A DNA stretch of 64,000 bases from the human T2T-CHM13v2.0 reference genome, Homo sapiens: assembly GCF_009914755.1 (NCBI RefSeq), contig NC_060943.1, one strand, 5' to 3'. Below are positions 57,561 to 64,000 of the stretch, in pieces. The position numbers and the translations under genes are program-made. The notes beneath the pieces were generated by a model. That model did no database searches and was not told the DNA's origin. It saw only the letters and a list, made by a program, of their open reading frames with translations. Position 1 is the first letter of the stretch. Each line of letters opens with the position of its first letter.

Positions 57561-58957
57561 GCTATTTGTTTAAAGTTTCAGACAAACTCTGGGAGATGAA
57601 AATCCGAGTCCAGTGTCCTGAGTCCCAAGTGGCCAAGCAGTCACAGTGGCCGTGCAGGAAAGCAGCCAGACCCATCTGCACGAGTGCCTGCCTGCTGTGG
57701 GTTGCCGGATGCAGTGACAGTCAGGCCAAGTGAGCCAGCCCACAGGCCCGAGAGGGGCCACCAGAGCCCCCAGCGCGCACTGCCAGGCAAGTGCAATACC
57801 GCCCTGGAGGGAGCGGAAAGCTCCCGTGTGGAACCTGCCCTCGGTGACCCGATGGCGCCCAGCCGCTGCTCACCATGGGTGAGTTTCCCGTTTACACTCC
57901 CGAGGTATTTACCATAACACCCAGCAAGCGACAGGACAGGAATGCTAATGAAGTCTCACAGGAGAGAACACTTCACACCAACTGATCAGAGCACTGCCAC
58001 CGTCTGTGCTGCCCAGAGATTCAGGAGAAGCTTCGGGTGTCCTGGGACACTCGGCACAGCACCGAGTCAAAGTCCCTGGCAGAGCTGGAAGTGCCTCTCA
58101 GCGCGGAGGGAGGGATGGAACGGGGGAGCACAGGGGGCCAAAACCCACCCTGTGGCGCTGGGCAGGGTCCGAGGCAGCCCTGGGCCAGGGCTGGAGACAA
58201 GACAGGACACTCGGCTCACAGAGGAAAGCAGGGCAGCAGCCGCAAAGCAGTCCTGCCACCAGCCTCCTCACGGCCAGCCCAGACGGCAACAGGACAAACA
58301 GGCAGGGGTGACTGCAGCTGGCCAAAGAAACTAGAGAGGCACCCAGAGTCCTCCCAGACAAGCCCTGCCCCCCACCAATGCTGACAAGGCTCAGAACAGC
58401 ACCCCCACTGCAGTGCTGGTGAAGGTGGCTTTGGACACCTGTGGAGGACCTGGCCCAGTGTCCTCAGCCCTGAGTCCTGGGTGGAGGGTCCTCCTAAGTG
58501 ATTCTAATAGGCAGGATAGGGTTGAGAAGATCCACCCCAGACCAACTGGGGGTCAGAGAAAAAACCCGAGGAAGACACGTGTCAAGAGGCAACGTGGAGG
58601 CAGGGGCGAGGCTGCTCTACCACGGACGGGGCAGGACTAAGAGCTTCAGCGCTGTCTCTCCCAGTGTGTACGCAGCCCATGATCGAGACATTCACAACTG
58701 CAGGCGACCCCCAGCTCAAGAATGGGGATGGGCCATTCTGGGCGACCTGGACAGCTCCATCCCTGAAAGCCTGTTCTATGCTTTCTTCTTGAGAACCTGG
58801 ACTTTCTGAGTCAGGGGTTTCAAATGGCAGGACCCCTGGTAGCCCATCCTAAAGCTCCCCTAGCTGAATCAAACCTTGGGGACGTGCCTGGCCAGGCACC
58901 AACCTTTTCCCAGGTTAGGACAGATGCTCCCCACCCGGCTGGGGCTCACCCACTAAC

Positions 58958-59088
58958 CTGGGGGGAGGGGGCAGCCCCCGGCCTTCACTCAGCCTCTTGT
59001 CGGAGCCGTAGCCCCCCCAGCCATCACGGGAGTCCCGGCCGTGGCGCTCTGGGGGTCCTCCGTGGCCATGGCGGTCATCTCCATAGTG
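58958..59088 (-). CDS. SAFB2: SAFB2 exon ([11 protein letters not shown]...GLPPPPR)
   Basis: ccttccag| and |GTTAGT. 131 nt. Confidence 0.93.
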
Positions 59089-59913
59089 CTGGAAGGCAGG
59101 AGAGGAACAGGGTGACACTGACCATGTCACCCACATAGGCCCACCTTCCGGAAGGCCTGTCCACTGCAGGCCCCAGGGTGGCAGGTGGGGCGGAGCTGAG
59201 AGAGGACTGAAGGGTGCAGTCTCAGCCCTGCTGGGCCCTGCTTCACTGACCCTCTGCTCCCTGGCTCCCCTCCTCGCACCCCTACAGCTGCATCACTGCC
59301 CCACCTGAGCTGCCCCAGGAGCCAGGGCACCCTGGCATTACTGCCCTCAACAGCTCTGCTCAAGATCCACTAAGACGTCACCAAACCCTGTCTTCCCTGA
59401 GAAGTTGGGCGCCGCCTCCTTTCCGATAACAGGAGGGCCCTCGGGTGGGTCAGCCCCCCTGTGCTCTGGCAGGGCCACAATTCCGGCCTCCCTGGCCAAC
59501 CAACTCTGCACGGAGCAGCCAGCAGCCAGGAAGCAGGCGGGTGCTGCCTGCTGTTACAGGCCATTACTCTGCCGCCCACCTCCCACCTCTCCACCAGGCT
59601 GCTGCTTTCTCAGAACTCACACCCTGCCACCACGCACGGGGCACCCGCATGGCACCACAGAGACTCAGGGACCACTCTTGTGGTCTTCAGCCCCCCGTGC
59701 CCACCAAGCACGGACTTGAAACATGGGGAAGCCCGGGCTCCCCCATCCCCCCGACCCTGGCACATGTGGGCTAAACGACAACCACCATTTGGGTTCTTGG
59801 GGGACCCCACAGGCACTAAGACCCAAAGGCTCCCTGAGCAAGTGGACAATGAAGAGACACATGAGGTTTCTACCGGATACAATGAAGAACAAGCCCAACA
59901 TATTTGAAAATGA

Positions 59914-60255
<342 letters not shown>

Positions 60256-60427
60256 CTAAATATTTGTACTTCTAGTCGCTGGCCAGAACCCACACTTGCA
60301 TACCCGCCACACGTGCTGACTTGGTTGCCACCTCTCTGGGATCAAGCGGCCGCCTGGCTAGAAATGGTCCGCTATGCCTGCACAGCAGTACAGTGGCCCC
60401 AGGACTTGGCATCGGGGCTCTACTCAC

Positions 60428-60473
60428 CTGCCCATCCCGGTGGTCTCCCATCATTGGCCTCGAACCCTCCCGC
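60428..60473 (-). CDS. SAFB2: SAFB2 exon (REGSRPMMGDHRDGQ)
   Basis: ttttccttttgcag| and |GTGAGT. 46 nt, phase consistent. Confidence 0.92.
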
Positions 60474-61426
60474 CTGCAAAAGGAAAAGATCCCGTTCAAA
60501 CAGCACCAGGCACGACTACACATTTCTGCAGGTCAGGCAAGTTTCGCGACTGGGATACTTTTTCCATCCCATCACATAAAAACTATAACTGGCCTGGGAA
60601 AAAAGGAAAAAGCTAGCTCAAATCGAAAGGCTTTTCCCCGGGGGCAGAAACGAAGTTGGATCCTAAAGAGGTAGGAATAAAGATCTCACTGAACTAAAAT
60701 TCCTCGGGGAGCTCTCAGTTAGGGGAACAGGGACAAACAGAGGCCTCCAATGATCCCTCATCTTTGGTCTGACCCAATGCGTGGGACTCATCAAAATTCA
60801 CACCAACTCCACCCCAAACTCCAGCAGAATTAAGAGTGTGGCCTCTCAGCCTCCCTTTCCTGTTCTCCCCGCTCTGACATTCCGACTGAAGGAGCCAATG
60901 AATGGGGAAATGGGTCAGAGATGTGCAGCCGAGGGGAGCCCAAAGACAGGATTCTTACACTGGAAAACCAAGGGCTGCCTTTTTAATAAACTAGATGTAT
61001 TCCTCATTTTAAAAGGCTAAAAAACCCACCCAGACCCTCGAAATACAAAACAGGCCTCATGAGAAATTTTGCACGTCCTCCATCAATTCTCTGGTAGCTC
61101 TTGGGCACAACCAGGTTGTGCTGACAAACACTGCTGCCTCACAAGAGAGCTCAGTGTAGATGGCCTGCACTCAGGCCCCTCCTGGCCCACCTATGAAAAG
61201 AGTCGGTGGATGGAATGAGCTCTGAGATGCCTTCCTCTGAGGTAAGCTGGGGATTCCAGCAACTCGCTCAAGTTCTGTGCAAGGCCAGAGTCATCCACTG
61301 TGGATCTCAGAAGTAAACGAGGCTTCAGAGCACACAGGAACCCCTGCACTGGGCTGAGAACGAGGTCAGCTGGATGCCCCGGTGCCCACAATGACTGTAG
61401 CTAAAGGAGGGGACAAGACCACTGAC

Positions 61427-61567
61427 CTGTCGATGGCGTGGTCCTGGTACTGGCCCCGGTCTCGATGATCGAAGTCGTGAAAGCGGTGGTCTGGCCGGGG
61501 AAAGTCTGCACGATATCGGTCCTCCATTGCCACACGCTTTCCTTCTGGCCAATAGGCATCATCTCGT
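61427..61567 (-). CDS. SAFB2: SAFB2 exon ([18 protein letters not shown]...DHAIDR)
   Basis: Acceptor ccaacag|, donor |GTCAGT. 141 nt, in frame with both neighbours. Confidence 0.93.
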
Positions 61568-62570
61568 CTGTTGGTTTTTATTTTAAAAGAATACAAATTC
61601 CATTAATGAGAGAGGAGGAGGAAAAAAGGAGGAGGTGGAGGTGGGGAGGGGAGCTCTCTCCCCAGACCCAGTATCGTTTAAAATGTCCTGCAGGGCTAAT
61701 CTCTAAACATTCGATCATCATTGCTTTGATCTGATAAATTAAAACCGCCATTAACAGCCGAGAGGCACACTTGTGTTCTCATCCAACAGTCCCAAAAGGA
61801 GCACTGCTGTGAGCTCATTGTCTCGTGAGGCTGTTATTACCTTGATCCCCCCTCATGAGCAACTGAAAAGAAATATTTGATTCTTCTGGAATAGCATTCG
61901 AGTTGCCACACTTTTACTTTCCCTGCCTTCCACGGGAGCCTGAATCTCCCTCTGAGTTTCTTGCAAAAGCAAAGAGAATTAGATGGGGTGATAGTGAACT
62001 ACACACAGCTCTGGACGGCATCCAATTATCTTCTTCCTGATTTTTACCAGAAAACTAGGCTCACGGAGAGCGGGGTGAAGGGTGACTGTCAATTAAGCCG
62101 CCTGGGGTAGCTAGAGACCAATAAACCTACTTTCTAAATCAGAGGCAATTTCCTTTTCCACAGCGCCTGCTCTGCCTCTCTGTCTACAAGGACACATGAG
62201 ACCGGCAGAGTCAGCGGTGGCCAACTTGGGCCTAACGGGCGTTCGGTTGTCTCGCAAGACAGAGAACAGCTATGCTCCACGGGTAAGTGGAGAGGAAAAG
62301 CATCACAAACCCTTCAGCAAGTGGCAGCCATCAAGTTTCCCAGAATAACTCAAGTTCAGGAAGATGCTACACAGCCTCCGGTGAGGACAGCGAACTAATA
62401 AACCTGCAGCAGCGCAGTGAGATCGGCGGGGGGTCCCCAAGGCGCATGCTCCATATCAAATTTCATTCTCCCCACCGACAGGGACGGAAGGGAAGCCGCT
62501 GTTCTGCTGGAAGGGTGAACACCGCTGCCACGCTGGTCTCCGTCCTGCCCACGCTCTGGGCGGGACTCAC

Positions 62571-62858
62571 CGGTCCAGGTCGTAGGGCCTCCGCCCGGGC
62601 CGCCGCTCCTGCTCGTAACGCAGCTGCTCCTGCTGGCGCCGCAGCTCCTCGCGCTCGCGGTGGATGCGCTCCTGCTCCTTCCTGCGCTCACGCTCCACGC
62701 GCATGCGCTCGCGCTCCAGCCGCTCCCGCTCCATGCGCTCCCGCTCCAGCCGCTGGCGCTGGCACTCGAGCTGCAGGCGTTCCCGCTGTAGCCGGGCCTT
62801 CTCCTTCCGCTCATGGAAGGCCTCGAGGCGTTGCTCCCGCTCCCGCTGCTCGCGCTCC
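62571..62858 (-). CDS. SAFB2: SAFB2 exon, Arg/Glu-rich mixed-charge (coiled-coil) region
   Basis: [28 protein letters not shown]...RRPYDLDR. Acceptor ccccgcag|, donor |GTGAGT. 288 nt, phase consistent with the next exon. Confidence 0.95.
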
Positions 62859-64000
62859 CTGCGGGGACAGGTGAGGCTGCCCTGAACTCCCTGCGTGAGC
62901 CTCCAAGGAGAAAGCCCGGTGCCCAAAACTGGGTGTGTATTGGAAGCAGAAAAAAAAAATGGATCCAAAAGCTCACCGGGCTTCCCTAAAGCTGCGCGTG
63001 CAGGGGGTTACCTTACTTAACAAAGCTACCTTAAGAAAAGCAAAGGCAGCACAGCTGGCAACATTTCTAGGTTTGCTCGAGAACATTTTCCAAATGCTGT
63101 GAGCACAGCTTTTGCTTTACTGAGCAATATTTGAGGAAAAGTGACAAGAGAACGCCGGGCATCCCGACATGAAAAGGCCGAATGTCAAGGCAGAGGGACA
63201 AGCCTCCTTCAAGACCACAGCCCAGAAGGGAGCCGCGGCAAAATGACAACTGGACTCTGCTTGCAGTTTCTGACCTTAGGTGAAAGGTTTCAACAGGGAA
63301 GACAGGCCTCAGCACCCAGGCACCATCCCATCCCATCAAAGCCACACACGGCTGGGCCTTCCACACGGGCCAAGGTCCAACATCAGAGGAGGGGCGAAAA
63401 TAGACTTTGAGCCAGCAGAAGGCTCAGCCTGTAATCCAGCACTTAGGGAGGCTGACGCAGGAGGATCGCTTGGGCCCAGCAGTTATCAGCCTGGCAACAT
63501 AGCCAAACCCCATATACTGTAAAGGGCTTTGATGACTTCTTTTTAAGAGACAGGGTCTCACTCTGTCACCCAGTCTGCAGTGCACTGTTGTGATCACAGC
63601 TCACTGCAGCCTTGAGCTTCTGGGCTCCAGCAATCCTCCCACCTCAACCTCCTGAGTAGCTGGGACTACAAGTGCACGCCACCATGCCCAGCTAATTTTT
63701 AAATATTTTGTAGAGGTGGGGTCTCGCTACATTGCCTAGGATGGTCTTGAACTCCTGGCTTCAGGGGATCCTCTGGCCCTGGCATCCCAAAGTGCTCGGA
63801 TTACAGGTGTGAGCCACTGCACCTGGCCCTTTGATGACTTTCATGCCACCTGGCATGTCTGGCGGCTCACGTGTGAACAGGTGCTGGCCCCTGCCTCGAG
63901 GACCCAGGTTAAGCACGACACCCGCCAGCCCAGGCACTGGCTCTCGGGCACACAGACTGCGCACTCCAAGTACAGCTGGGAGAAGGACAGCCACCCCGAG

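Noticed and set aside
62287-62976. Antisense and alternative-frame ORFs over the SAFB2 R/E exon
   Set aside because: Shadows of repetitive GC-rich codons.

Overview
Primate (almost certainly human, 19p13.3) Alu-dense genomic DNA. No CRISPR or bacterial features. Main content, all recognised from the sequence: (1) a complete 3-exon TINCR gene on the - strand (~26852-36720). Its CpG-island first exon encodes an 87-aa ubiquitin-like microprotein, and its stop codon lies at the start of exon 2. (2) The last seven coding exons and 3' UTR of SAFB2 on the - strand (~55675-62858). (3) A 4.6-kb internally deleted HERV-H provirus (17273-21909, +) with two 441-bp LTR7-family LTRs, a tRNA-His PBS and a CCTAC TSD. 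(4) A SNRPE retrocopy with an uninterrupted 92-aa ORF, nested in the tail of an unusual four-arm Alu inside a MIR. Best leads for something undescribed: a 22-nt stop-containing candidate poison microexon plus an AATAAA-containing weak acceptor in one SAFB2 intron; TINCR exon 2 behaving as a stop/NMD cassette whose skipping gives an in-frame 245-aa protein; a helically phased triple octamer in TINCR exon 3; a locally amplified, unexpectedly young L2-derived repeat; and several local duplications and templated insertions around Alus. Most entries in the ORF track are Alu or low-complexity artefacts.
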